From positions 12,886,722-12,950,721 of the forward strand of contig OZ037766.1 in assembly GCA_964035545.1 (NCBI GenBank): a stretch of DNA of 64,000 nucleotides, written 5' to 3'. Made by a program: the position numbers and the translations under genes. The DNA comes from Bugula neritina. Its lineage: Eukaryota > Animalia > Bryozoa. This document shows positions 12,468 through 25,300 of this stretch, one piece after another. The notes beneath the pieces are model-generated. The model saw only the letters and a program-made list of their open reading frames with translations, searched no databases and was not told where the DNA came from. Every line of letters begins with the position of its first letter. Position 1 is the stretch's first letter.

Positions 12468-13537
12468 CCTTCTCTCAATGATGTCTCTCTCATGACATTT
12501 CTGCAGGCTATTTTGTCTTTATAGTAATTAGTTTTATCACAGGTACTAATAACTTTCTTGTAAGCTGTATTGTTAGCAGATGCATATGCTCAGTAATACG
12601 ACTGCTATTAACACATGCTAAATGCTTACTTTTTTCTTTTAACCCAAAATATGATTTTAGTTTTCAAGTATTAGTAGGCTGCAAGAATAAAATCACTGTA
12701 AATATTCCATCAAGTTTTGCTTTCTATTTTACTCTACAGTACAAATTGTCTGAATTGCACTAAAAATATTTCATGCAAATTGAAGTGATTATGTAGTCAA
12801 TAGAAGCTCTATATAACGTACTGAATAATATTCTACAACACAAAACTTATGGAAGTAGTAAACTTTTCATTATAAAATAATCATTACCCTCATTACTGCT
12901 AACAAGAAAGCAAATAATATAAGTTGCAGTCTAAAAGGAAGTAAATATGAGGTGCAGGACACTTGATAGAGGTCTGCATTAAATTCATAGTGAGCCAATA
13001 AAAAGGTGATAAGGAAACACTGTTGCATACTTGTAATATAAACAATTTAGGACCGTTTTTTGTTACAAACTGGTCTCATATTAAAGGGAATATTCAAAAT
13101 GGCTTTCTAGATAATCGCTTTTTTATACTATATTTGAGAATGTTTCATAAAATACCTACATAATACTATATTTTATCCTCCAAATAAAATCTCTTTATTG
13201 AATGGCCACAATTGTCATTAAAAAACGACTGCCTTCGTAATTTCAATCAAATTAGCTACGTTGGGGAGACTATCAAGTTTTTCAAATACAGCTTAAAGAT
13301 CAGGCAAGGCTATCTAGCTGTCTAGTATTGTCTAATGAATTTATTGTATTTTAATGCTAGAATAGCCCATCTAGTAGATACAAGAAAAGCAAGCTTTGTA
13401 AATATAGCTTTGCAAAAGTAGCTTCTTGAAGCAGCTTTTTGGAGCACATAAAGCAAATATTTGTGGTGAATATACCAGTTACCATTTGACTGGTAAAGTC
13501 TGCTGGCGTTGTTTGAGTATTAGTTTGTTTTATAAAT

Positions 13538-14757
13538 ATGGCTTCAAGTGCCCATGCAGAGTGCAGCTTTCAGCTTGCCAAGTTTAGATGTCCTGACAGA
13601 CCATCATTGGGAAGTGAAGGACAGCCAATTTCTCTCTCAGCAAGTATTTTCCAATTGTTTTTCTCGGAACAATACATTCATCATTATGCCGTTACCATAA
13701 CTCCTGGAAACTGTCCTATTGGAATCAACAGGTATTTATTTATTCCTACTCTAATTATTTCATTGATATGCTGAGAAACTCATTCACACATGTTATATTC
13801 ATCTGTTTGTTTCCATTTGCTAAGTAGTTTTTCATACTATATTATTTGGTGAGCTGCCATTCTATAGAGTTTATAAATATAAACTCATATGGCATGTGCT
13901 AACTCACCACTGATCTATATTATGCTACAATATAAACTCACTGTTGTATTAGTATTTTTGCATGTCTTAGTGTGTGTGTTAGTGTGTATGTGCTTGTGTG
14001 TGTGGGTGTGCTTGTGTGCGTGGGTGTTGGTATGTAATTTACCTAAAGTATGTAAGTATGCATTTGTATGTTATATACATAATATATGTGATATATAATA
14101 ATATATACACACCTAATACTACATGTATAGCATATTATAAACAATACATATTTGAACATTAGGATAAAACAGAATTTCCTCTATTTAAAACTTTAGATAT
14201 TGACAGACATATTTTTTTTCTTCAAACTATAGGGAAGTAATTCAAAATCTGATCAAGAAATATTCTTCGACAATCTTTGCTGGCCAGTGTGTGGTGTTTG
14301 ATGGCAGAAGGAATATGTACAGTAAATATCCTTTACCAACTGGTAGAGGCAAGGTAATAATGTTGTCCTTTGCTATTCACGGTTGCAGGTCAATGCTATT
14401 CTAACAGGAATTGATTTAACTTTTTTCAGAAAATACAATTTTAATAAAACTAAATTCAACTTTGCAATATATGCTACTTCATTCATTTGTACTAAGTAAG
14501 TATCTGCTACAAATTTAACTTTTAATTTACTGTTATTGTGATTCACTTTCTACAAGTAGATTTACTTGTCTGTAGTTGGAACTAGAATCACAGTTAGCTG
14601 ATACAGAAGGAAATGGGGTATTCACAGTCTCTTTAATGTGGGTCACACAAGTTAGTCCGGCTGCTTTAGAAGATGTGTTGAATGGAGAGATGCATCAACT
14701 TCAACTGAATGCTAATCATGCCTTTAACACTATATTGAGGGATTTACCAAGCACTGT
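13538..14757 (+). pseudogene. Partial Argonaute B' (exons 1-3 only, N domain); truncated duplicate of AGO-B with an open reading frame, possibly 5' exons of AGO-A2
   Basis: Exons 13538-13731, 14233-14353 and 14576-14757 match AGO-B exons 1-3 with identical lengths (194/121/182 nt), no stops and intact splice sites. Similarity to AGO-B ends near 14980, inside intron 3. Confidence 0.85.
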
Positions 14758-15706
14758 GTAAGTACACCTACAGGATAGCAAATAAGAAAAACATCTACTA
14801 CCTGTTATTTAATGCAGCTCTAAAAAACCGGGTTCCTATTTATTGTGTAAGTTGGTTTTTCTCACATCAGTTAAAATATTTTACTAGATCAAGTATATGA
14901 AAAAAGGTTTCATGCAACAGCTTTTTATTTGCTATTACCTAATTGCGTAAAGTTTATCGATTTGACAAGGCTATATTTATTTTATATTTATAGGAATATA
15001 ACTGCTGACGTAAAAAGTTTGTTACCTAAAAATAATGATGCGTTTAATAATGTTGCTACACTTCCCACACAATTTGTATAGACTTTTGTTAGAAAACATA
15101 AATGCCTTGGTTATTTTCGCATCATGGTGAGTAAACTGTGTTTAATTATCAAAACACAAGGCTATATAATTTGCATAATTAATGTTATATTTCGCAAATA
15201 GTTATACTTACATTGTTTTAAATGAAATATGCGTGACCAATGTTTTCACTTGATAATAATAGTTTACAGAAAGTAGCTTATAAGCTTATAAGATGGTTAA
15301 TTACTCTCCTCACAATTGTCCACAACTAATTTTTTATTATCAAATGAAAATGAAACTAACTTTATTGTTGCAAGATGCCCTTTTAGCCTTTTTTCCTAAA
15401 CAATAATATTTTGTACTTGGCAAAAAAATGCTGCAGCTTCTTGCATTTTGATGACTTTTAACCAATTGTAATATTTGGTGCTAATTTGTCAACATGTGAT
15501 AATAAATGAAGTTAAACAGCCCATTATTGGTATCTGCACACTGTTTTGAGACTGAAATAAAATTCACAAAATGAAACCAACTTTCAACTTTAATAATCAA
15601 TTGCTGTTAGCTAAATTTATCACCCATTTACGTTACTAAATATTTGTCAAAAAGCTACACCTAATGCTGGCTTTGTTGGTGTTGTAGATCACCTAACAGT
15701 CACACA

Positions 15707-18700
15707 ATGGAGGGGTTTATACGCCCTGACAGACCAAACTTTGGAACAAGGGGGGATGGTATTATTCTCCGTGCAAATCATTTTAAGATCAAAGTTAAAA
15801 AGGGTTCCATACAGCACTATACTATCAAGATGCTTCCAGATAATCTATCCAAGAGACATCGAAGGTACTGTTTGCTGTTTAATTTAAACTTATAACTCAA
15901 GTTTTCCACAAATTTATGTGTTTTGTCAGATGAATTTGCTGTCCAAATTTGCTGTAAAATATTTATTCTCTAAGCATCCATTTTTAAAAAAATTGCATCT
16001 AAAACGTTTAAAACACTGAATTTCACTGCTTAATTGTACTTGCTTTCTGTATTTAGAAAAGTATTCGAGAAATTACTACAACTTTATTCTTCAATATTTG
16101 CTGGCCAGCTTCCAGTGTTTGATGGCATAAAGAATATATACAGTAAAGATCCTTTACCAATGATTAAGGGCAAGGTATAACAGTACTTCCTTTTGATTTA
16201 TTCAGCTTCCGATACAGTTATTGATTCCCCAGGTTTTTATAATTTAAGGAACTTTGTTCAAAAGTTTGAATTGCTTTGTTTCCAGTATTTCTAGTGACCC
16301 TAATTCCACTTGTTTATGTTTTCCTGATGTTGAATGTATTAGTACTTATTTTGTACTTCAGGATCTGTTATCACTTTTTAGAATTAAAATGTTTCACACA
16401 AATTCAATGTATGAGTGTAAATAAAAAATGATATTTTACTAATCACAGAATAGCAAGTTGCAAGGCTGAAGAATAAATAACTGTCCCATCTGTTAATGTT
16501 TCCCTGTCTTTACTCTGGTTTATTATTGTACAGCTGGAGCTGGAAACTTTGTTGCCTGATGATGAAAGAGTAAAAGTCACAGTCCTAATTCAATGGATCT
16601 CACAACTTAGTCTTCCTTCTTTCTCTGGCTCACCAGATGAACTCAACAATGAAATGCCATACAGTGCCATTCAAGTGTTAGATGTGATAATGAGGTATTC
16701 AGCCAGCTTGAGGTAAGTACATGTAAACTATAATATGACAAAATATTCTTTATAAAACTTTCCATAATCATGTTCATTGCTTAAATAGAATTGCGCCTGT
16801 GAGGTAATTCCCTGGTTTTCTATCTCAGAAATGCCCTCCCCCCAGTACCTCAGTTAATTCTCCCTTAGTAGTTGAATTCTATTATCTGAAGTAGACAAAT
16901 TTAAATTTTGCTGCTTATATGTAATCACTTATTTGCAATATTTGAAGCTTTTTTGTGTAAAAATAAAATATTTGCGGTTCGGAAATATAAAACCTTTCCG
17001 AACCACCAAGATTTCAAGATTGTATGAAGGTACTCATAATTTTGCATTGTCTTTAGATACACTCCAATTGGCCGATCTTTCTTTCAACCTCCAGAGAACT
17101 CTAATCAGTCGTTAGGTTGTGGTAGGGAGGTGTGGCATGGCCATTTTCAAAATGTTCAGCTGTCTTGCTGGAAAACCATGCTAAATATGGATGTTGCTGC
17201 CACAGCGTTCTATAAAGCTCAGTCTGTTGAAAAGTTTATGATGGAGGTGAACTATGCTTATTTAGTCATATGTTACACTCTTGCTGGCAATAAATCCGCC
17301 TTCTATACTCAATCTCTGAATTTTTATACCTTCTATATCTTGCGGTTTTTTGTCCATAGTAAGGAAATTTTGAGTGCTGCTGCTAGAGAAAGAAATATAC
17401 GTTATTTGGTTGATTCTAGGTGCTGGATATTACAGAGATTCAGACTAGGCCTCTTTGTGAGAGGCAGCGGAAAAAGTTTTGTAAAGAGATAGTGGGCTTG
17501 AAGGTAGAAGTAACCCATTCTGGGTATAAACGCAAATACAAAGTGACAGGCGTGACTAGTCGTCCTGCACGCACACAGTCGTACGTATTCCAAAGTTGTT
17601 AGGTACAACTATTAGTGAGATAAGGGCATATCTGTAGTGTTTATTAGTAGATTGCCATTATAATTTTTTGAATAGCTGCTGAACTTCTAAAATCTAAACT
17701 TAGCAGTATACAATGCTGCAGCTTTTATAGTTCAGTAATGAGACAGTTCCTCATATTCCTAGTATTACTTGTCTAGGTTTCCCCTAACTCTGGAGTCTGG
17801 CCAGACTGTTGAATGCACTGTAGTTAAGTATTTCCGAGAGAAATATAATATTGAACTGGAGTTTCCATACTTACCATGCCTTACAGTTGGGAAGGAGGAA
17901 AGACACACATACTTCCCTCTAGAGGTTTGTTTCTATTTTAGCAGCTGGTATTTTGTGTATTTATGTTTCCAGGCTTATAATGAGCAGATGTTCCCTGAAG
18001 TAATTCTTATTTCACATTAGTTCTAGTTTAGAAAGTTACTATCTTTTGAAAGATGCTTTGTGGAGTTTACTAAATGTTGCTGTATTTATTTTAGCCTAAT
18101 TCAACAGTCACTGTTAGCATTTATTTTTGAAAGAGCATAAAATATTGTTTGCTTCATGAAAGCAAGTATCTGCAGGTTACCTGTTTTAAATATCTAGACT
18201 GAAAGAGAATAAAATCTTCTTCCAAAATGTTTAGTTCTTTGTTTGGGTTGCAGCATATGTGTGTTTGTAGCTTTTTAAAATTATTTGATCGACTTTTAGA
18301 AATGATAGATGGGTGAATTGATATAAACGAATCAGAAATAGATCAATATTGATATTCTGATTCTTTTTCAGTTTATTGACTTTAGGATAAAAAGTATCAG
18401 AGTTGATTTGTTTGTTGTAAAATAGTGAAAAATGTATAAAATTGGGCATTTTTAAAAAGTGTTGATGTGGATATAATTTATTTTTGTCTTCTTTAAATAT
18501 TTGAGTTGAATTGAATTTTGTAAGAATGTTTTTTGGGAACGGCTGTTAAATCATAATCTATATGGATACTTCAACAAAATAACTTATTTCCAAATTGAAG
18601 GTCAAATTTATGTTTCTTTTGATGAGCCTGAAAATTATATATTTTGATTTTAAACTAAATTATTTCTCATATCTAGCTTACACCATTTAAAAACTTTTGT

Positions 18701-21700
18701 TCAAATGCATATAAATGTTATAGTTCAAGTTACATTCTGAGATTTAGAAAATTATAAAAGTTGGATGCAAAAAACAGTTTCTTTTAAAATAAACCCAATA
18801 AAATAGTTTCAGGGATCATATTTAGTAACATTGACCGAATAGAGTAATTCAGGTTACCGGTTGCAGGTCTGTTCCATTGTGAAGGGTCAAACGTGCAACA
18901 AGAGGTTAACTGACTTCCAATCCTCTGGTATGATCAATGCAACAAAGCGCTCAGCTCATGATAGAGAGAGGGAGATTAACAACCTGGTAGGTATTACTAA
19001 GTCTGGTAGTGTTTAGTGCAGTAGTCTAAAGAACAGTATTATAGCTGCGAAGTTTTTCCTGTTATACTGTTTATTTTTGACAAATGTTCATCTTATATGA
19101 TTTCAGGTGCTCCAGGCAAATTTCAACGAAAACCCTCACCTTAGACAGTTTGATATATCTGTGAATACTGAAATGACCGAACTCAACGGACGAGTGTTGA
19201 GCCCCCCTATGATACTCTATGCGGAACCAGTAAGTTTTTGGTATTTTGGTCATCTAGTAATATAATTAACAAACTACCTAAATATGGATTTTAGAAAAGT
19301 AATCTGTCTGTATAATCAGATAATTTATTGTAGAACATGGCGGAGCCGAGACGAGGAGCGTGGGATGGCAGGGAGAAACCATTCGTTGAAGCTGTAGTGA
19401 TTGAAACTTGGGCCATAGCATCTTTTGTTCCACAGGAATCGCTGGGAAGTGAAAATTTGAAGTGAGTTTTGTTAATTTATTAATTAAAAATAGCTTACAC
19501 AAGTTGATAGTTTAATGGCCTTTGTCGGGTTCGAAACCATGATTTCATTCTCAAGTTTAATTTTGCTCTTGCTGGCCTTTATAAAAATTATCTTGTAAAA
19601 TTCTCCCAGCAAAAAAATTCTATTACAAAATAATCTAAGACCATAAATGCCATTCAACAATATCTTTTAATTTTCCAATGCATTACAAAGCACAATGTGC
19701 TCTTTCTGTCACTGATACAAACTAATGCTTCGATATTTTATGGAATGCAGTTGTTTTCTTTTAGGAGCTTTGCATTGGAGCTTTACAGGAAGTCGAGAAG
19801 TGCTGGACTGCATATAAAAAGACCTCCTAGTTACAGATATGCAGATAGTGCAGAAATAGAATTATTGTTTAAGAAGCTGAAATCAGAGTTTCCAAAAATT
19901 CAACTTGTGTGTGTTGTCTTGCCTTCTAAAAACAAGATCTACGGTAAATATTGGCTGCTTAGCTAGTAATTTACATGTTAACTTATACTAAAACAAACAT
20001 TTTCTGAACTTGCACTTTCTTCTAATAAAAGCAGTCTGTTGAGTTATTGGTAGTCAGTACCTAATGGTGTGTTGTATTGCTTGCTGTCACCATGCTTTCT
20101 ATACTTTTATAGCCGAAGTAAAGAGGGTGGCTGAGATTGTATGTGGAATAACTACACAGTGTGTGCAGCTTCAAAATGTACTCAAGCTATCTCCCAAAAC
20201 TCTTTCCAACATCTGCCTCAAAATAAATACCAAGTTAGGAGGTATTAACGCTGTTACAGAAAAAGATGCAGAGTTTGAAAAAAGGTATTTGTTTTGTTTA
20301 CATGTATAATAGACTTTTGCTCAAACACTAAAAAAAACACACACACACACATCCCATTAATTGTACTGCCCAATTTTTGTTATTTCTGCAACCAGTAGAA
20401 ACCATGTTTTTCGGCTTTGATATTATTGATACATGTCTTTATGTTTTATAGAGGGCCTACCATATTCCTTGGAGCAGTTGTTACTCATCCGCCAGATGGA
20501 TGCAGTCGGAGACCATCTATTGCAGCCGTGAGCACTTATGTTAATAAAACTATTATTGATTGATTTATTACACATCACAGACATAAAAAAATGTTGTGAA
20601 ATTCAGTGTAAATACTGGCTATAATAAGGTATGAACAAACTTGGGAAAAAAGGTCAGAACTGTATTGTATTCAATATCGAGTGCTGTAGTTAGTTTCTGA
20701 ATATATAAATCTATGTCATGATACTCAATGCCAAGTTTAGAGCAGTATTTGGAAATATTTCTTGTAGCCTTTTTATCACTGGCATAGATACAAGTAAAAG
20801 TAATAGGTAGACCATACGCGGTGAGAGACATGATGAAACTGTTGAATGACATATATATTTGCTAGAGGTTTAGAGCTAAAATAGACAAATTTCTTCACAT
20901 TTGTCATTCTTCTTGATACTGTTGTAACCACTGATAAATCATGTTCCTGAAATCTCAAATTCTGATACAGCAAGGTATCTCACCATTTCATATTATTGCG
21001 TTTTAACATATTGAGGAATAGTTTTATCTAGTAGATACTGGTTGTATTACAGGTTGTGGGTAGTATGGATGGCTTCCTCTACAAATATTTGCCTGAGATT
21101 CAACTTCAGACTAATGAAAGTGAGGTTATAGAAAACCTGGCTGATATGGTGAAAAACCTGCTTATAAAGTTCAAGATAAAAACAACCTGGAAACCAACTA
21201 AAATCATCTACTACCGCACTGGAGTGTGTGAGAGCCAGTTCAGCTATGTATGTCTACAGAAAAACTAGTAATAATTATGCTTCAGTAATAAAAAGACTCC
21301 TTACAGCATCTTAGTAAACTAATGCTTCCATTTGGAGGCCGGATTGTGGTTAGTCTAACTGAAATAATATAGTTGTTGTAAAACAAACTTTATAGTGAAA
21401 CTAAAAGTACAATGAATACTTCTTTGATTTCAAGGTACTGAATTGTGAGGTGAGAGGTATAAGAAGGGCTTGTTTGATGTTGGAGGAAGATTACCAGCCT
21501 GGTATTACCATGATAGCTGTTCAGAAAAAACATCACACCAGGCTCTTCTGTGCTGACAAGAGAGATCAGATTGGTAGAAGTGGGAATATTCCTCCTGGTA
21601 CTACTGTTGACGTGGGAATCACACATCCTACCGAGTTTGATTTCTTTCTCTGCAGTCATGCTGGTGTCCAGGTAAATTGTTTTATCACTTGATCAATACT

Positions 21701-22367
21701 TTAAATATATCCTCATGAACTAACATTTTTAGAAACACTTTGAATTGTGTCATTTACATAAAACCAAAAGAGTAAGACATTCTGATAGCCACTGTGTTCA
21801 TCTTAAGAGTTGAATGAATATAAGTACATGGTACTGATGTACTGATGATTCTCACAGATAAATTACCTTTACAGGGTACCAGTCGACCGTCTCACTACCA
21901 TATCCTCTGGGATGACAACAAATTCCGAGCAGATGAGTTACAAACCATGACTTATCAATTATGTTATACATATTCCATCTGCACCAGAAGTATTTCAATG
22001 CCAGCTCCTGTCTTCTATGTTCACAGCTTAGCCAACAGAGTTTGCGCATATCTGCAACACAACTACCAGGATAGGTATGTGATGGTTGGCTTCAATAATA
22101 TTGACGTTTCTAATGTAATCCATTTGGGTTTATTACATAATTTGATGGCCACCATGTTGCCATGGTGATCTAGGATACAAATCTTTCGTTCCAATATGTT
22201 TGCTGCTGAATTGTCATTTCACTGCTGCTGCTAATCACTACTTCCCTTTTGCTTACAGTCCGGAAAGCAGTTACCACTCTGGAAGCGATGAGGAGATGAA
22301 TTTGGCTGAGCTGAGCAAATCTGTAATTGTTCATGATGATTTGGGGTCTTCTATGTTTTTTGTCTAA
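15707..22367 (+). CDS. Argonaute paralog A2 (tandem copy of A1); 16 exons, predicted 830 aa; predicted non-slicer
   Basis: Exons 15707-15864, 16057-16174, 16534-16712, 17057-17246, 17420-17580 (6-nt in-frame deletion vs A1), 17777-17924, 18867-18986, 19107-19229, 19334-19461, 19765-19943, 20113-20284, 20452-20527, 21053-21247, 21435-21671, 21875-22074, 22259-22367. No frame breaks were seen. Confidence 0.95.
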
Positions 22368-25300
22368 CCTTCTCTCAATGATGTCTCTTTCATGCCATAT
22401 CTGCAGGCTATTTTGTCTTTATAGTAATTAGTTTTATCACAGGTACTAATAACTTTCTTGTAAGCTGTATTGTTAGCAGATGCATATGCTCAGTAATATG
22501 ACTGCTATTAACACATGATAAATGCTTACTTTTTCCTTTTAACCCAAAATATGATTTTAGTTTTCAAGTATTTGTAGGCTGCAAGAATAAAATCACTGTA
22601 AATATTCCATCAAGTTTTGCTTTCTACTTTACTGTGTACAAATTATCTGAATTGCACTAAAAATATTTCATGCAAATTAAAGTGATTATGTAGTCAATAG
22701 AAGCTCTGAATAATATTCTACAACACAAAACTTATGGAAGTAGTAAACTTTTCATTATAAAATAATCATCACCCTCATTACTGCTAACAAGAAAGCAAAT
22801 AATATAAGGTGCAGTCTAAAAGGAAGTAAATATGAGGTGCAGGACACTTGATAGAGGTCTGCATTTAATTCATAGTGAGCCAATAAAAAGGTGATAAGGA
22901 AATACTGTTGCATACTTGTAATATAAACAATTTAGTACAGCTATTTTACAAACTGGTCTCATATTAAAGGGAATATTCCAAATGGCTTTCTAGCTAATCG
23001 CTTTTTTATACTATATTTGAGAATGTTTCATAAATTACCTACATAATACTATATTTTATCTTCCAAATAAAATTTCTCTATTGAATTGCCATAATTGTCA
23101 ATAAAACCGCCAGCTTTTGTAACTTCAATCAAATTAGCTACGTTGGGGTGACTTTCAAGTTTCTTACTGTTATGCACTTTTCCAAATACAGCTTAGAGAC
23201 TAGACATGGCTATCTAACTGTCTAATATTGCCTAATGAATTTATTTTATTTTAATGCTAGAATCACCCATATAGTAGATACAAGAAAAGCAAGCTTAGTA
23301 AATATAGCCTTGCAAAAGTAGGTTCTTAAAGCAGCGTTTTAGAGCACATAAAGCAAATAATTGTGATGGAGATACCAGTTATTATTTGACTGGTAAAGTC
23401 TGCTGGCGTTGTTTGAGTATTAGTTTGTTTTATAAATATGGCTTCAAGTGCCCATGCAGAGTGCAGTTTTCAGCTTGTCAAGTTTAGATGTCCTGACAGA
23501 CCATCATTGGGAAGTGAAGGACAGCCAATTTCTCTCTCAGCAAATATTTTCCAATTGTATTTCTCGAAACAATACATTCATCATTATGCCGTCACCATAA
23601 CTCCTGGAAACTGTCCTATTGGAATCAACAGGTATTTATTTATTCTTACTCTAATCATTTCATTGATATGCTGAGAAACTCATTCACACATGTTATATTC
23701 ATCTGTTTGTTTCCATTTGTTAAGTAGCTTTTCATACTATATTATTTGGTGAGCTGCCATTCTATAAAGTTTATAAATATAAACTCATGTGGCATGTGCT
23801 AACTCACCACTGATCTATATTATGCTACAATATATACTCACTGTTGTATTAGTGTTGTGTGTGTGTGCGAGTGTGCGAGTGTGCTATATACATACTATAT
23901 GCAATATCTAATAATATATACACACCTAATATTACATGTATAGTAGGTATCTTATAAAAAATACATATTTGAACATTAAGCAAAACAGAATTCTAAAATT
24001 TAGATATTGAAAGACATGTTATTTTCTGCAAACCGTAGGGAAGTAATTCAAAATTTGATCAAGAAATATTCTTCGACAATATTTGCTGGCCAGTGTGTGG
24101 TGTTCGATGGCAGAAAGAATATGTACAGTAAACATCCTTTACCAACTGGTAGAGACAAGGTACTAATGTTGTCCTTTGCTATTAACGTTTGCAGGTCAAT
24201 GCTATTCTAAAAATACAATTTTAATAAAATTAATTTAAACTTTGCAATATATTCTACTTCATTCATTTGTACTTTAAGTGCGTATCTGTTATAACAAATT
24301 TGATTTTTAATTTACTGGTAATGTGATTCATTTTCTACAAGTAAATTCACTTGTCTGTAGTTGGAACTAGAATCACAGTTACCTGATACAGAAGGAAATC
24401 GGGTATTCACAGTTTCTATAAAATGGGTCACACAAGTTAGTCTGGCTGCTTTAGAAGATTTGTTGAATGGAGAGATGCATCAACTTCAACTGAATGCTAA
24501 TCATGCATTTACCACTATATTAAGAGATTTACCGAGCACTGTGTGAGTGCACCTACAGGATAGCAAATAAGAAAAACACCTACAACCTTTTTAGGGCCAT
24601 CCTATTTATCATATAGAGTAGTTTTTCTCACATTAGTCAAAATATTTTACTAGATCAAGTATATAAAAACTTAAACAGCTATAATGCAACTGCTTTCTAT
24701 CTGCCATTAATGGTGTAAAGTTTATAACTTTAAAAAAGCTGTATTTATTAAATTTTTTTTACAAAATAAACAGCAATTGTTTTGAAATAAGCAAATACAA
24801 GGCGATATGCAACAATAACATAGCTTTCTCCTTGGAAAGGTAGAGTTCACTTTTTAATATTTTTCATAAAAAAAGCATTAGGCTTTGTTTTTCTTATTGA
24901 GGATTTCTTAGTTGCTCATTTCTGTACACTACTCATAATACTTATTACAAGTTTGATAATAATATCCCAAAGTATCCCCTCGCCCTTTCCTAGTTACACT
25001 TCTGTCTCTTTTCCTAGTGACACTCCTTTTCGTGAATGTTTCTTTCTACCCCTGAGGAGATGTGAAGACTCCATGGGTTTTGATAGGAAGGAATTGTCTG
25101 TCTGCCACCAAACTGTCAAGTCATGTATTTGGAAGCCAATGGTAAACATAGATGTGTCAAATGCAGTGTTTTATAAAGTACAGCCGGTTTTGGAATTCTT
25201 AGAGGAGGTAAAACACATGCCTTTATAATATTTATAAAACCATGCATTTCTGCCTTAATCTATAATACATGTGCTAGTGATATACACACACATGCTTCCC

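Larger units (their letters stand above)
5116..24750 (+). repeat. ~9.9 kb tandem segmental duplication (copy 1 ~5116-14980, copy 2 ~14980-24750)
   Basis: Exons, introns and intergenic DNA are colinear at an offset of about 9.85-9.9 kb. At ~14980 the AGO-B intron-3-like sequence (compare ~24745) switches to AGO-A upstream sequence (compare ~5116), over a short shared tattt. Confidence 0.92.
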
